Below are positions 29,021-41,130 of a stretch of 56,188 bases of DNA, piece after piece. Source of the stretch: Chthoniobacterales bacterium (GTDB lineage Bacteria; Verrucomicrobiota; Verrucomicrobiia; Chthoniobacterales; JACTMZ01); the NCBI GenBank assembly GCA_040881855.1, contig JBBECM010000113.1:1-56188 (forward strand), written 5' to 3'. The notes below the pieces were generated by a model, which was not told the origin of the DNA, ran no database searches, and saw only the letters and a program-made list of their open reading frames with translations. The position numbers were made by a program, and so were the translations under genes. The stretch's first letter is position 1, and the number at the start of each line of letters is the position of its first letter.

Positions 29021-31435
29021 TCAGTTTTCCCAGATGAAGTGTTCGAGCCGCAAGCGGCGCGAGCGTTGTTTGATCTCTTCGCTCTGCGGGCCGCCCGCGG
29101 ACGCCATAAGATCATAAACGGCGATGGCCGCGGGCCAATCCTGCTGTTCCTCGAGCAAGCGCCCGGCTTCGAGTCCGGCCTTGTAGAACCAGAAGTGGTC
29201 GGCCTTTTCCCCGGGAGGGCGGGCCAGCACATCGCGGTAGGCCGCGAGGGCCGCTTCGGCCTGTCCGGCGCGTGCGAGCACGGCGGCCCGTTTGCAGGAA
29301 GCCTGGTCGCGCCAGTCGGCCGGGGCGGAAGCCTCCGCGGCCAATTCCGCGTAGAGCTTGGCGGCCTCGCCGAGCCTGGTCGCTTTCTCCGCGCCGAGGG
29401 CCGCGAGCGTGTCGCCCTTCTCCATCAGGGCGGCATGACGCACTTCCGGCGGCGGATCACCCGCGAGGATTCCGTCATAGACCCGCAGGGCATCGTCGAA
29501 ACGCCGGTCGCGCACCAGCAGGCCGGCCTGTTCGAAGCGTGCGCGGTGCCGCAGCGCGGTGCCGCCCTGCGCGATTTCGTCGAACCAGAGGAGGGCGCGC
29601 GCGGCGCCTTCCGTATTCATGCTCCGCGCGGCCGACTGGGCGGCGAGGAATTTGGCCAGCGCCGCGGCTTCGGGTTCGGCCTGGTCTTGCCCCAGGCGGA
29701 CGTAAACCGTCTCGGCTGCGGCGTGGTCTCCGCCGCGGGTGTGCAGTTCCCCGAGTTTGAAGAGGATATCGGTTTGTTCGGGGGCCTCCGGGTGGCTGGC
29801 GAGAAACGCATTGCAGTCATCCGCGAGTTCTTCGCGGGTGCGAGAACCCGCGTTGTCGGCGGCAAAGATCTCGGCGGCGGCGAGCGCGGCGGCGCGCGGC
29901 GGGGTGACGGCTTCTTCCCCGGCCGTGCGCAGGATGCGTTCGGCGGCGGCCGCCTCCCCGCGGGCCAACCGCCATTCGGCGAGGGCGAGTTTGGCTTGGA
30001 AGGAGTAGTCGGCGGACGGGGCGCTGCGGGCCAAGGCCCCGAGCGAATCGGCCCGGCCCTCGCGTGCCTCGGCCGCAGCCAGCAGGAACGACCAGCGTAG
30101 CAATTCGGGGCTGTCCGGGGCGGCCTGCCGGATCTGTTCGAGCGAGGCGCGCCCCATCTTCAAGTCCCCGAGGGCGAGGGAGCAGAGAAACTGGTTGGTC
30201 GCGGCCGCTTGGGCTTCGGCGGGGTCGGCGGCGGCTTGCCCTGCGCGGGCAAAGGCCTCGAAGGCCCGCCGATGGCTGCCGGCGGCGGCCAAGGCGCGCC
30301 CCCGCAGTTCGGCCAACCGGTAGGCATAGGGCGGACCGGCGTCGGTCGCGTCGATCTCGTCGAGGATCGCCACGGCTTCGGTCACGCGTCCGGCCACCAC
30401 GCGCGTCTCGGCCAGCAGCAGGCGCACGCGCAGCCGGTCTTCCGGCGAGAGGTCCGGGGCGGCCGCAAGTTTTTCCAGCACGTCGCCGGCGGCTTCGAGA
30501 TTACGACCCTCCAAGTCGAGGCGCGCGATTTGCAGGCCGGCCTCGAGGGTGCGTCGGCGGCTGGCCTCGGCGGACCACGAGCGCAGGTCGGCCGAGGGGT
30601 CGCCGCCGAGTTTGCTCTCGAGTTCGACCCAGAGCTGCATGACTTGGCGCGTGTTCAATGCGTCGGGCGAGCCGACGAGGCTTTCGCGCAGCACGTCGCG
30701 GGCGCGCGTGTCCACGCCGAGGGCGACGAGGCTGCGGGCCAGCCCGAGCCGCGCGTTGTCGCGCACCGGGGCGGGCAGGTCGGGTGCGGCCAGCACGTTC
30801 TGGAAAATCTCCGCGGCTTCGGAGGCGCGGTCTCCGGCCAGGCGCAAACGCCCCAGCGCGGTGTCCAACTCCGCCGCGGGCAACAACGATCCGTCGCGGG
30901 ACGCGGCGATCGTCTTTTCGGCCGCGTCGGCATCGCCGCCGGCCAGTTGCAAATCGAGCAACAGGCGCAGGGCGTTCGGGTCGGACGGCAACCCGCCGTC
31001 GTTCGGGGGGAGTGCGGCGAGCGCCGCCGCGTGGTCGCCTTGCTCGAAGCGGATGCGGGCGAGCAGCAGGGCGGCCTCCGTGTTTGAGGCCGCGTGCGCC
31101 TGGGCCAGCCGGGCGGCCGGTTCCAAGCTGCCCTGCGCGGCGAGGGCCTCGGCGCGAAGGACGGTCGCCGCAGCGGAACCGCGGCCGGGGGAGTTGTCGA
31201 GGGTGCCGAGGGCGTCGGCGGGACGTCCGGCGGCGAGTTGGGCCCGGGCGAGCAGCAGGGCAAGGTCCTCCCGTCCGTCCGCGGGCGCCTGCCGCAGCGC
31301 GTCCTGCAGCGGGGCGATGGCCGCCTGGGGAAAACCCTCGCGGATGGCGCTCTCCGCCTTGGCCACGACGTCCCGGGCTTCCAGCGTGGCGGCGACCGGC
31401 AGAAGAAGAGCGGCGAACCAGGCGGTCTTTTTCAT
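29021..31435 (-). CDS. Secreted TPR-repeat protein (804 aa), hypothetical
   Basis: Signal MKKTAWFAALLLPVAATLEA, then continuous Ala/Leu-rich TPR-like helical repeats. The start overlaps the uvrA stop by 4 nt. The 1354-aa track ORF is a run-on through uvrA antisense frames. Confidence 0.8.
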   Translation of the reverse strand: MKKTAWFAALLLPVAATLEARDVVAKAESAIREGFPQAAIAPLQDALRQAPADGREDLALLLARAQLAAGRPADALGTLDNSPGRGSAAATVLRAEALAAQGSLEPAARLAQAHAASNTEAALLLARIRFEQGDHAAALAALPPNDGGLPSDPNALRLLLDLQLAGGDADAAEKTIAASRDGSLLPAAELDTALGRLRLAGDRASEAAEIFQNVLAAPDLPAPVRDNARLGLARSLVALGVDTRARDVLRESLVGSPDALNTRQVMQLWVELESKLGGDPSADLRSWSAEASRRRTLEAGLQIARLDLEGRNLEAAGDVLEKLAAAPDLSPEDRLRVRLLLAETRVVAGRVTEAVAILDEIDATDAGPPYAYRLAELRGRALAAAGSHRRAFEAFARAGQAAADPAEAQAAATNQFLCSLALGDLKMGRASLEQIRQAAPDSPELLRWSFLLAAAEAREGRADSLGALARSAPSADYSFQAKLALAEWRLARGEAAAAERILRTAGEEAVTPPRAAALAAAEIFAADNAGSRTREELADDCNAFLASHPEAPEQTDILFKLGELHTRGGDHAAAETVYVRLGQDQAEPEAAALAKFLAAQSAARSMNTEGAARALLWFDEIAQGGTALRHRARFEQAGLLVRDRRFDDALRVYDGILAGDPPPEVRHAALMEKGDTLAALGAEKATRLGEAAKLYAELAAEASAPADWRDQASCKRAAVLARAGQAEAALAAYRDVLARPPGEKADHFWFYKAGLEAGRLLEEQQDWPAAIAVYDLMASAGGPQSEEIKQRSRRLRLEHFIWEN

Positions 31436-34335
31436 GAGCCGAGGAAGGCGCGCAGGTAGCGCCCGGTTTCGCTGGCCGGAACGCGGCAGACCGCCTCGGG
31501 CGTGCCCTCGGCGACGATGGTGCCGCCGTGTTCGCCTCCGCCGGGGCCGAGATCGAGAACCCAGTCCGCGCATTTGATCACATCCATGTTGTGTTCGATC
31601 ACGATGAGGGTGTTGCCGGCATTGCGCAACTTCATGAGGACCTGCAGCAGGGTGTCCACATCGGAAACGTGCAGTCCGGTGGTCGGCTCGTCGAGCACGT
31701 AGAGGGTCTTCGAGCCGCCGCGTTTGGAGAGTTCGGTCGAGAGTTTGATGCGCTGGGCCTCGCCGCCGGAAAGGGTGCTGGCCGACTGGCCGAGGGTAAG
31801 GTAACCGAGGCCGACTTCCTGCATGGTGGCGAGCTTGTCGGCCACCGCGGGGACGGCCCGGAAAAACGAGAGCGCTTCGTCGACCGTCATGCCGAGGACA
31901 TCGGCGATGTTTTTCCCCTTGTAGGTGATTTCCAGCGTCTCGCGGTTGTAGCGGCGGCCGTGGCAGACGTCGCAGGTGACGTAGACATCGGCGAGGAAAT
32001 GCATTTCCACCTTGAGCATGCCGTCCCCCTCGCAGTGCTCGCAGCGTCCGCCTTTGACGTTGAAGCTGAAGCGTCCCGCCTGGTAACCGCGCACGCGGGC
32101 GGCGGGGACCTGCGAGAAAAGTTCGCGGACCGGGCCGAAGGCGCCCGTGTAGGTGGCGGGATTGGAACGCGGGGTGCGTCCGATCGGCGACTGATCGACC
32201 ACGACAAGACGGTGCACCTGACCCGCACCGAGGATGGCCTTGTGCGCGCCCGGAGCTTCCTTCGCGCGGTAAAGATCGCGGGCCAGAGCCGCGCGCAGGA
32301 TGTCGTTGACCAGGGTCGATTTCCCGCTGCCCGAGACACCGGTCACGCCGACGAAACACCCGAGCGGGAAATGCGCGTCGACATTTTGCAGGTTGTTTTC
32401 GCGGGCTCCGATCACGCTGAGCCAGCCGTCGGATGCACCGGACACCAGGGCGCGCGGGGTCAGGGGTTGGTTGCGTTTGGGCGGGACGCGGATGCGGAGT
32501 TGGCCGCTGAGGTAACGGCCGGTTAGCGATTGGGGCGCCGCGGCGATTTCCGCCAGCGTGCCCTGCGCTACGATGTGCCCGCCGAGCGGACCGGCCCCCG
32601 GTCCGATGTCGATGATGTGGTCGGCCGAGGCGATGGTGTCGTGGTCGTGTTCCACCACGAGCACCGAGTTGCCGAGGTCGCGCAGGCGTTTGAGCGTGGC
32701 GATGAGTCGCTCGTTGTCGCGTTGGTGCAGACCGATGCTCGGTTCGTCGAGCACGTAGAGCACGCCGGCCAGACCGCTGCCGATTTGCGTGGCCAGGCGG
32801 ATGCGCTGGGCTTCGCCTCCGGAGAGCGTGCCGCTTTCCCGGTTGAGGGTGAGGTAATCGAGGCCGACTTCGCTCAGGAAGTCGAGGCGCCGTCCGATTT
32901 CGGAGATCACCTCGCCGGCGATGGCCTCTTCTTGTCCGCGCAGGCGCAGCTGTCCCATGACTTCCGCCGCGCGCCCGATGGTTAGATCGCAGAGTTGGTG
33001 GATGTTGAACTCCCCGCCGGACGACGTGACGAGGGTCACTCCGAGAATTTCCGCGCGCAAGCGCGCCCCGCGGCACCGCGCGCACGGGCGGCGGTTTTGC
33101 AGCGCCTTGAGGCGTTGGCGCAAAGATTCGCCTTTAACCCGGGCCAGCAGGTGTTCGAGTTGGGCAAGGAGGCCCTCGAACGGCTTGTCCACCACCTGCC
33201 GGGTGCGGCCCGCCCCGAACTCCACCGCAATGGCGCGGTCGCCCGAGCCGTGGAGCAGGAGGTCCCGGAAGGACTCCGGCAATTTGCCCAGGGGCAAGTC
33301 GGTGCGGACCCCGTCATCTTTGGCCAGAGCCGCGGTCATCGCCCCGTAATACGCCTCCATTTTCGGCGTTCCCTTGCGCCAGGCCACAATGGCGCCGCCG
33401 TCGAGCGTTTTGTCCGGATCGAGCACCAACTCGGGATCGAAGTAAGGTTCGGTCCCCAGGCCGTGGCAAGCCGGGCAGGCCCCGAGGTGGCTGTTGAAGG
33501 AAAAATGCTGCGGCGTGAGGCGTGGCAGGGTGAAGCCGGTGCGCGGGTTGGCGAATGCCGTGGAAAACGGGTGATCGGCGAACTTCGTCCCGTCCGGGGC
33601 CTGGACCGAGGCCACGATTTGTCCGTCGCCCCAGCGCAACGCCGTCTCGACCGAGTCGGCGAGGCGCTGGCGCAAGCCCGGTTTGAGCACAACGCGGTCG
33701 ACCACGGCCTCGATGCGTTGCCGCCGGCTCTTGTCGAGGCGGACTTTGGTCTCGCCGTCGAGATCGGTGATCTGACCGTTGATCCGGGCGCGGACGAATC
33801 CCTCGCGGCGCAATTTCTCGATGATGTCGCGGAATTCACCGGTTTCGCCGCGCACGACGGGTGCGAGGAGCACGACCTTGCTCTCCGGCGGGAAGGCCAT
33901 GATCGCGTCGGTGATTTCCTGCGGCGTCTGGCGGCGCACCACTTCCCCGGTCTCCGGGTCGTGCGGCACACCGAGCGCCGAGTAGAGGATGCGCAGGTAG
34001 TCGTAGATTTCCGTGGTGGTCGCGATGGTCGAGCGCGGGCCGGCCGCCGCGGTCCGCTGTTCGATGGCGATGGCCGGGGAGAGTCCCTCCACGAAGTCGA
34101 CATCGGGACGTTCGAGCCGGTCGAGGAATTGGCGGGCGTAGGCCGAGAGGCTTTCCACGTATTTGCGCTGCCCCTCGGCGTAAAGCGTGTCGAAGGCGAG
34201 GGAAGACTTGCCCGAACCGCTGGGCCCGGTGAGGACAACGAAGCGGTTCCGTGGAATGACCACATCGACATTCTTCAAATTGTGCTGCCGCGCGCCCTTG
34301 ACGCGGATGACGGCGGGTTCGGAAGAAGTCTTCAC
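31432..34335 (-). CDS. uvrA: Excinuclease ABC subunit A
   Basis: Two ABC modules (GPSGSGKSSLAF; GVSGSGKSTLV), LSGGEAQR twice, and zinc fingers CPACHG / CEHCEGDG. Confidence 0.98.
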   Translation of the reverse strand: MKTSSEPAVIRVKGARQHNLKNVDVVIPRNRFVVLTGPSGSGKSSLAFDTLYAEGQRKYVESLSAYARQFLDRLERPDVDFVEGLSPAIAIEQRTAAAGPRSTIATTTEIYDYLRILYSALGVPHDPETGEVVRRQTPQEITDAIMAFPPESKVVLLAPVVRGETGEFRDIIEKLRREGFVRARINGQITDLDGETKVRLDKSRRQRIEAVVDRVVLKPGLRQRLADSVETALRWGDGQIVASVQAPDGTKFADHPFSTAFANPRTGFTLPRLTPQHFSFNSHLGACPACHGLGTEPYFDPELVLDPDKTLDGGAIVAWRKGTPKMEAYYGAMTAALAKDDGVRTDLPLGKLPESFRDLLLHGSGDRAIAVEFGAGRTRQVVDKPFEGLLAQLEHLLARVKGESLRQRLKALQNRRPCARCRGARLRAEILGVTLVTSSGGEFNIHQLCDLTIGRAAEVMGQLRLRGQEEAIAGEVISEIGRRLDFLSEVGLDYLTLNRESGTLSGGEAQRIRLATQIGSGLAGVLYVLDEPSIGLHQRDNERLIATLKRLRDLGNSVLVVEHDHDTIASADHIIDIGPGAGPLGGHIVAQGTLAEIAAAPQSLTGRYLSGQLRIRVPPKRNQPLTPRALVSGASDGWLSVIGARENNLQNVDAHFPLGCFVGVTGVSGSGKSTLVNDILRAALARDLYRAKEAPGAHKAILGAGQVHRLVVVDQSPIGRTPRSNPATYTGAFGPVRELFSQVPAARVRGYQAGRFSFNVKGGRCEHCEGDGMLKVEMHFLADVYVTCDVCHGRRYNRETLEITYKGKNIADVLGMTVDEALSFFRAVPAVADKLATMQEVGLGYLTLGQSASTLSGGEAQRIKLSTELSKRGGSKTLYVLDEPTTGLHVSDVDTLLQVLMKLRNAGNTLIVIEHNMDVIKCADWVLDLGPGGGEHGGTIVAEGTPEAVCRVPASETGRYLRAFLGS

Positions 34336-34403
34336 CGGTAACCGGGCAGAATAAACCGCCGGGCCGGGCGCGGGAAGGGGGATTCTGCGGGACGGCAGAA
34401 ATA

Positions 34404-34491
34404 CGGTGAGGGAGGGATTCGAACCCTCGGTAGCCTTTTGGACTACGGAGCTTTAGCAAAGCTCTGCTTTCGACCACTCAGCCACCTCACC
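34404..34491 (-). tRNA. tRNA-Ser (anticodon GCT)
   Basis: Reverse complement GGTGAGGTGGCTGAGTGGTCGAAAGCAGAGCTTTGCTAAAGCTC... has anticodon loop TTGCTAA, a long variable arm, T-arm GAGGGTTCGAATCCCTC, and acceptor CCTCACC+G. Confidence 0.93.
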
Positions 34492-34583
34492 TGGAACGAT
34501 AACGTCGTAAAAATGACACCCGGTGTCCCGGACGTCAATGCCACTCGGGCTTCCCCGCGCACGGGTCGGCTCGCGCCCCGGGC

Positions 34584-35252
34584 TCAGTTTTCGAGGAACT
34601 CCGCTTTGATGATGGGCCCGAAATTGCCGCGACGCATGTTGGCATCCATGGCGACGATGTCCGGGTTTCTCCAATCCGTTCCCGAGGCCAGCGGGATCGA
34701 TCCGTAATTCTTGTCGTAGGCGTATGGCTTGCCGTAGCGGAACACCGTGTAGGCGTGACCACGATCGCGTCCTTTCTCTTTCCATTCGACAAGCAGCACC
34801 CGGGCCTCGACGCCGTTTCTTTGCATGGTCTTTTGTGCGGCGATGGCGGCCGGGAGACAGTCGTTGACCCTCACCTCGGGCATGGCGGGCGGACGCAGAC
34901 TTGCGCGCGCCCTGGCCTGCGACGACCGCGAGACGCCGGGCGTGCGGTCCGGTTGGACAACCGGTGTCGCGACAAGCGGGACCGGCGCGACAGCCGATGT
35001 ATCGCGCACGGTTCTGCCGCGCGGTTGTCGCGTCGGCTCAGGCTCGAGTCGGCGGGGAGGCGCTTCCGCGACTTGCCTCGAGCGGGTGACCGAGGCGCCC
35101 GCCGGACTGCCGGCGCGAATGCTTCCGTCCGGAGCAAGAAAAAGGGTGGTATCCGAAAGCTGTCGGGTCGGTTCGCATCCGGCCAAAAGAAGGGGCAGGA
35201 GACCAGCCAAGACCAATGCCCGTAAGGAGGAACTCGCGCGCGCTTGGTGCAG
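34584..35252 (-). CDS. Lipoprotein with C-terminal transglutaminase/papain-like Cys-His-Asp pattern, hypothetical; start uncertain
   Basis: Lipobox LLPLLLAGC. The C-terminal segment is NDCLPAAIAAQKTMQRNGVEARVLL...GHAYTVFRYGKPYAYD. There is no in-frame ATG near the signal peptide. Candidate starts are CTG at 35252 (MHQARASSSLRALVLAG...) or GTG at 35327. Confidence 0.55.
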   Translation of the reverse strand: MHQARASSSLRALVLAGLLPLLLAGCEPTRQLSDTTLFLAPDGSIRAGSPAGASVTRSRQVAEAPPRRLEPEPTRQPRGRTVRDTSAVAPVPLVATPVVQPDRTPGVSRSSQARARASLRPPAMPEVRVNDCLPAAIAAQKTMQRNGVEARVLLVEWKEKGRDRGHAYTVFRYGKPYAYDKNYGSIPLASGTDWRNPDIVAMDANMRRGNFGPIIKAEFLEN

Positions 35253-35433
35253 ACTGTGCGCGATGCGATAGCGGCCGCGGCCATTGATTACCGAGCTGGC
35301 CGGTGGATCAGTCGCCGGAGTTGTCACAGTAACCGAGCTTGATACTAACAATCCTCGCAGAGGCCAAACGCAAACTACGCCGCCACGACGGAGGGCGAAA
35401 CCGGGCCGAGTTCTCCTCGTTGTCCCCCCGCCC

Positions 35434-35763
35434 TTACAGGCCGGCGGAAAGGAAGCCGTTGTTGTAGGGCCAGCCGGCGGCGGTGAGGGTGTCGTAGTCT
35501 TCGGGGCTGAGCAGCTCGACGAGATCGAGGGTGGTGAGATCGGAAGTCGCCATCCCAGCCGGTTCGGCCGTGGGGCGGGGCAGGACGGCAAGGACAACCA
35601 GCGCGGCGATGGCCGCGGGGGCCAGCCAGCGCAGGACGGGAGTGAACCAGACGGGGCGGCGGGCGTCCGACTCAACCTGCCGCATGACTTTGGCGGCAAA
35701 GAAGGGCGGGGCGGCTGGGCGCGGGGCGCGTCCAAGGAGATCCCAGAGCTTTTGGTCATCCAT
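35434..35763 (-). CDS. Single-pass membrane protein with anti-sigma-like architecture, hypothetical
   Basis: MDDQKLWDLLGRAP...PPFFAAKVMRQV, then the TM segment WLAPAAIAALVVLAVL and a short periplasmic tail. It lies 69 nt downstream of rpoD on the same strand. Confidence 0.5.
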   Translation of the reverse strand: MDDQKLWDLLGRAPRPAAPPFFAAKVMRQVESDARRPVWFTPVLRWLAPAAIAALVVLAVLPRPTAEPAGMATSDLTTLDLVELLSPEDYDTLTAAGWPYNNGFLSAGL

Positions 35764-35832
35764 GTAGGGTTGAACCCCCGTCTTGCGCGAAGGTTGCGGG
35801 GATTGTTTTGCGCCGCCGCGGCAACCGACGAA

Positions 35833-37773
<1,941 letters not shown>

Positions 37774-37832
37774 ACGTTATCGGAGTGTCGCGCGCGGCGT
37801 GGACGGTTTGCTGGCGGCCCCGCCGGACTAGT

Positions 37833-39611
37833 TCAGTGCGACCGGCTAAACTGCCCCATCTCTTTCATGATGTCAACAACCTCGGCCTGCAACCGGGCGA
37901 CTTCGGCGGGGGCGAGCCCGGTCTGGCGGAGGCGGGCGGTGAGGGCGGACCGGCGGATCTCGCATTGCTGGCGGCTCAGGTTTTGCAAGGTCTCCCGGGC
38001 GATGGCGGCGGGGTTGGAGGGCGGCCGCGCGAGCAAGAGGGCGGCAAGGATGGACTGGGCCTCGGGGGTTTGCGCGGCGAGGAAGGACTGGGTGGCGGCG
38101 GGGTCCGCCGGTTCAAAAGTGGCGGCGAGACATTTCTGGAGGAGCGCGAGGCCGGGGCGGGCGGCGAGGACGGCGGTATCCTGCGCGGCGAGCCAGCGGC
38201 GGGTCTCGGCGCAGACCAGCGTGGCGTGGAGGAGGAGCTTGATGATCGTGTCGGGTTCCTCGGCCGCGGCGGGCTCGCCGGGTTCCTCCGGCTCCGGTTC
38301 GGCCGGATGGGCGGCTTTTTTCGGGATGGCAGCGAGGAAAGCTGGCGGCGACAGGGCGAGGCGGGGTCCGAGCCGCGCGGCCAGCGACTCGCGCGCCACG
38401 GCATCGGGGAGGCTGGCGGCAAAGCCGGCGAGTTTGCGGATGAGTGCGGCTTTGGAGGACGCGTTGTCGAGTTTGCCGGCCGCCGCGGCCTCATCGAGGG
38501 CAAATTCGAAGTAGTCGGGCGCGGAGTCGACCAGCGCGCGGAAGGCATCGGCGCCTTTTTGCCGGATGAGCGAGTCGGGGTCCTCGCCCGGGGGAAGCGG
38601 GGCGACGCGCACACCGAAACCGGCGGCGAGGAGGATGGGCAGCGAGCGCTCGACGGCGGTGCGTCCGGCCCGGTCGGAATCAAAGCAGAGCACCGCGGTT
38701 TCGGCATAGCGCTTGAGCAAGCGCGCTTGTGCGGCCGTGAACGCCGTGCCCTGCGGGGCGACGACATTTTGCAGTCCGCTCTCGAACACGCGGATGAGGT
38801 CGAGTTGTCCCTCGCACACGATGGCCAGACCGGTGTCGGCCAGCGGACGGCGCGCCTTGTCCAGCCCGTAGAGCGCGCGGCCTTTGCTGAAGAGCGGGGT
38901 CTCGGGGGAGTTGACGTATTTGGCCGGATCCTCGGAGGGCGGGAGAACGCGTCCGCTGAAGGCGATCACCTCGCCGTAGTCGTTGCGGATGGGGAACATG
39001 AGCCGCTGGCGGAAGCGGTCAGCCAGCGGTTTGTCCTCGCCACCGTGGAAAAGTCCGCTGGCGCGGAGTTCGGCCTCTTTGAATCCGGCGGCGCGCGCGT
39101 GCTTGAGCAGGGCGTCGCGGCTGTCGGGGGCGAAGCCGAGGTGCCAATTTTTCGCGATTTCGGAGTTGATGGCCCGGGATTTCAAATACTCCCGCGCGCC
39201 CGCGCCGGCGGGCGAACGGAGGAGATTGGCGTGGAGCCAGTCGGCGGCGAGCCTGTGCACTTCGAGAAGCCGCCCGCGCAATTCGCGCCTCTGGTCATCA
39301 CCCGGCGCGGAGGCCTGCTCGATGATGGTGATGCCGGCCTTTTGCGCGAGGCGGCGGACGGCCGTGGCGAAGTCGACGCGTTCGTATTCCATGACGAACT
39401 TGAAGACGCTGCCGCCCGCGCCGCAGCCGAAGCAGTAGTAGGCCTGTTTTTGCGGGCTGACGTGGAACGAGGGGGATTTTTCGCGGTGGAACGGGCACAG
39501 GGCGCGCCAGCTGGTGCCGGCACGCTTGAGCGGGAAGTAGCCGCCGATGACCTCGACAATGTCGTTGGCCGTGGCGACGCGCTCGATGCTTTCCTCGGCG
39601 ATGCGGGGCAT
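37833..39611 (-). CDS. dnaG: DNA primase
   Basis: Zinc finger CPFHREKSPSFHV...YYCFGCGAGG, and a TOPRIM region (VCEGQLD, FDSDRAG). Trimmed to MPRIAEES. Confidence 0.95.
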   Translation of the reverse strand: MPRIAEESIERVATANDIVEVIGGYFPLKRAGTSWRALCPFHREKSPSFHVSPQKQAYYCFGCGAGGSVFKFVMEYERVDFATAVRRLAQKAGITIIEQASAPGDDQRRELRGRLLEVHRLAADWLHANLLRSPAGAGAREYLKSRAINSEIAKNWHLGFAPDSRDALLKHARAAGFKEAELRASGLFHGGEDKPLADRFRQRLMFPIRNDYGEVIAFSGRVLPPSEDPAKYVNSPETPLFSKGRALYGLDKARRPLADTGLAIVCEGQLDLIRVFESGLQNVVAPQGTAFTAAQARLLKRYAETAVLCFDSDRAGRTAVERSLPILLAAGFGVRVAPLPPGEDPDSLIRQKGADAFRALVDSAPDYFEFALDEAAAAGKLDNASSKAALIRKLAGFAASLPDAVARESLAARLGPRLALSPPAFLAAIPKKAAHPAEPEPEEPGEPAAAEEPDTIIKLLLHATLVCAETRRWLAAQDTAVLAARPGLALLQKCLAATFEPADPAATQSFLAAQTPEAQSILAALLLARPPSNPAAIARETLQNLSRQQCEIRRSALTARLRQTGLAPAEVARLQAEVVDIMKEMGQFSRSH

Positions 39612-39701
39612 GGCGAGATTGTAGCGGAGGGGGCGAAAGAGCGCGCGGGAATTCTTCCGATTGGGCTTGAGGGTGGCGCCGGTGCGGGGAAGATCACAGT
39701 C

Positions 39702-41129
39702 ATGAGATTCCTGCTGCTTCTGGCTGTCCTGATTGCCGCGCCTTGTGCGTGGGCGCAAAAGGAGGACGACAAGTCCGCGGAGGCGCCCCCCGAGGTGAGC
39801 AAGCTCGAGGGCGCAATCCCCGAGGGTGCGGTGGTGGTCATCCCGCTGAAGGGTGCGGTCTCGCAGGCGCAGTTCTATTTTCTCCGCCGTATGATCAAGG
39901 CGGGCGAAGCGGCCGATGCTTCGGCCTTCATCCTCGATATGGACACGCCGGGCGGGGAGCTGGGCGCGGCAGTGGAAATCCTGCAGGCCCTGATGAAAGT
40001 CGAGGCACCCACCTTGACCTACGTCGACCCGAACGCGGGCTCGGCCGGCGCGCTCATCGCCCTGGGAACCAAGCAGATTTGGATGGCGCCGGTCAGCGCG
40101 ATCGGCGCGGCGGCCCCGGTCATGGGCACGGGCGGGGAAATTCCCGAGACGCTGGCGGCCAAAGTTGTGTCGTACTATTCTGGCTATTTCCGCAGTGCGG
40201 CGGAGAGCAACGGTCACAACCCGGAAATCGCCGAGGCCTTCATCAACATGGAGAAAGAGGTGAAGGTTGGCGGGAAGGTGATCAACGAGAAGGGCGAACT
40301 CCTGACCATGAGCGCGCAGGAAGCGGCAGAAAGAATCGGCGGCAAGCCGGTGCTGGCCCAAGGCATTGCCGGTTCGGTGGGCGAGTTGGTTCGTGATGCG
40401 GGGTTGAAGGGGCCGGTGGTGGAAGCCGAGCCGAGTGGATTCGAAAAGGCGGCCTTTTACATCACCATGCTTGCGCCGCTCTTCCTGCTCGGTGGCATCA
40501 TCGGGACGTATATCGAATTCAAATCACCCGGCTTCGGCGTGCCCGGGGCGATCGCCGCGGTCTGTTTCCTGCTCTTCTTCGCCGGGCACTACGTGGCCGG
40601 TCTGACCGGCATGGAGGTGATCGCCTTTTTCGTGCTCGGGTTGTTGCTCGTCCTGATCGAACTTATTTTTATCCCGGGCATCGTGGTTTTGGCGTTGATC
40701 GGGACGTTGCTCATGTTCGGCTCCTTGCTCTGGGCCATGGTGGACTACTACCCGACGGCAACGGAATGGCCGTCACTCGATGTTTTCTTGCTGCCCTTGG
40801 CCAACCTTGGCGTGGCCATCGGTTTGTCCGGCGTGGCCATCTTTTTCCTCGCGCAATTTTTTCCCAAGCTGCCGGTGCTGCGGCGCCTCGTGCTGACCAC
40901 GAGCGAGCCGGGCGGGGGATCGCTGACCATGGACGAACCGGGAGCCGGGCAGTTGTCCGTGCGCGCGGGCGACCGCGGCAAAACGCTCTCCATGCTGCGC
41001 CCGGTCGGTCGGGCGGAATTTGGCCGGGAAAGCTACGATGCACGGACCGAGGGGGACTTCATCCCGCCCGGGGCGGATGTCGTGGCCTTGCGGGTCGAGG
41101 GCAGCGAGGTCGTGGTCGAAAGGGCCTGA
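39702..41129 (+). CDS. nfeD: NfeD-family membrane-bound ClpP-class serine protease (long form)
   Basis: Signal MRFLLLLAVLIAAPCAWA. ClpP-like domain with DTPGG and NAGSAGALIAL....MAP.SAIGAAAPV. It has a multi-TM middle region and a C-terminal OB-fold NfeD domain (GDRGKTLSMLRPVGRAEF...GADVVALRVEGSEVVV). Confidence 0.85.
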   Translation: MRFLLLLAVLIAAPCAWAQKEDDKSAEAPPEVSKLEGAIPEGAVVVIPLKGAVSQAQFYFLRRMIKAGEAADASAFILDMDTPGGELGAAVEILQALMKVEAPTLTYVDPNAGSAGALIALGTKQIWMAPVSAIGAAAPVMGTGGEIPETLAAKVVSYYSGYFRSAAESNGHNPEIAEAFINMEKEVKVGGKVINEKGELLTMSAQEAAERIGGKPVLAQGIAGSVGELVRDAGLKGPVVEAEPSGFEKAAFYITMLAPLFLLGGIIGTYIEFKSPGFGVPGAIAAVCFLLFFAGHYVAGLTGMEVIAFFVLGLLLVLIELIFIPGIVVLALIGTLLMFGSLLWAMVDYYPTATEWPSLDVFLLPLANLGVAIGLSGVAIFFLAQFFPKLPVLRRLVLTTSEPGGGSLTMDEPGAGQLSVRAGDRGKTLSMLRPVGRAEFGRESYDARTEGDFIPPGADVVALRVEGSEVVVERA

Positions 41130-41130
41130 G

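Noticed and set aside
31502-32758. Two similar approximately 200-nt segments. The antisense ORFs at 31502-31702 and 32558-32758 both end in ...SSST.
   Set aside because: They reflect the internal duplication of the two ABC ATPase modules of UvrA, not a mobile or regulatory repeat.
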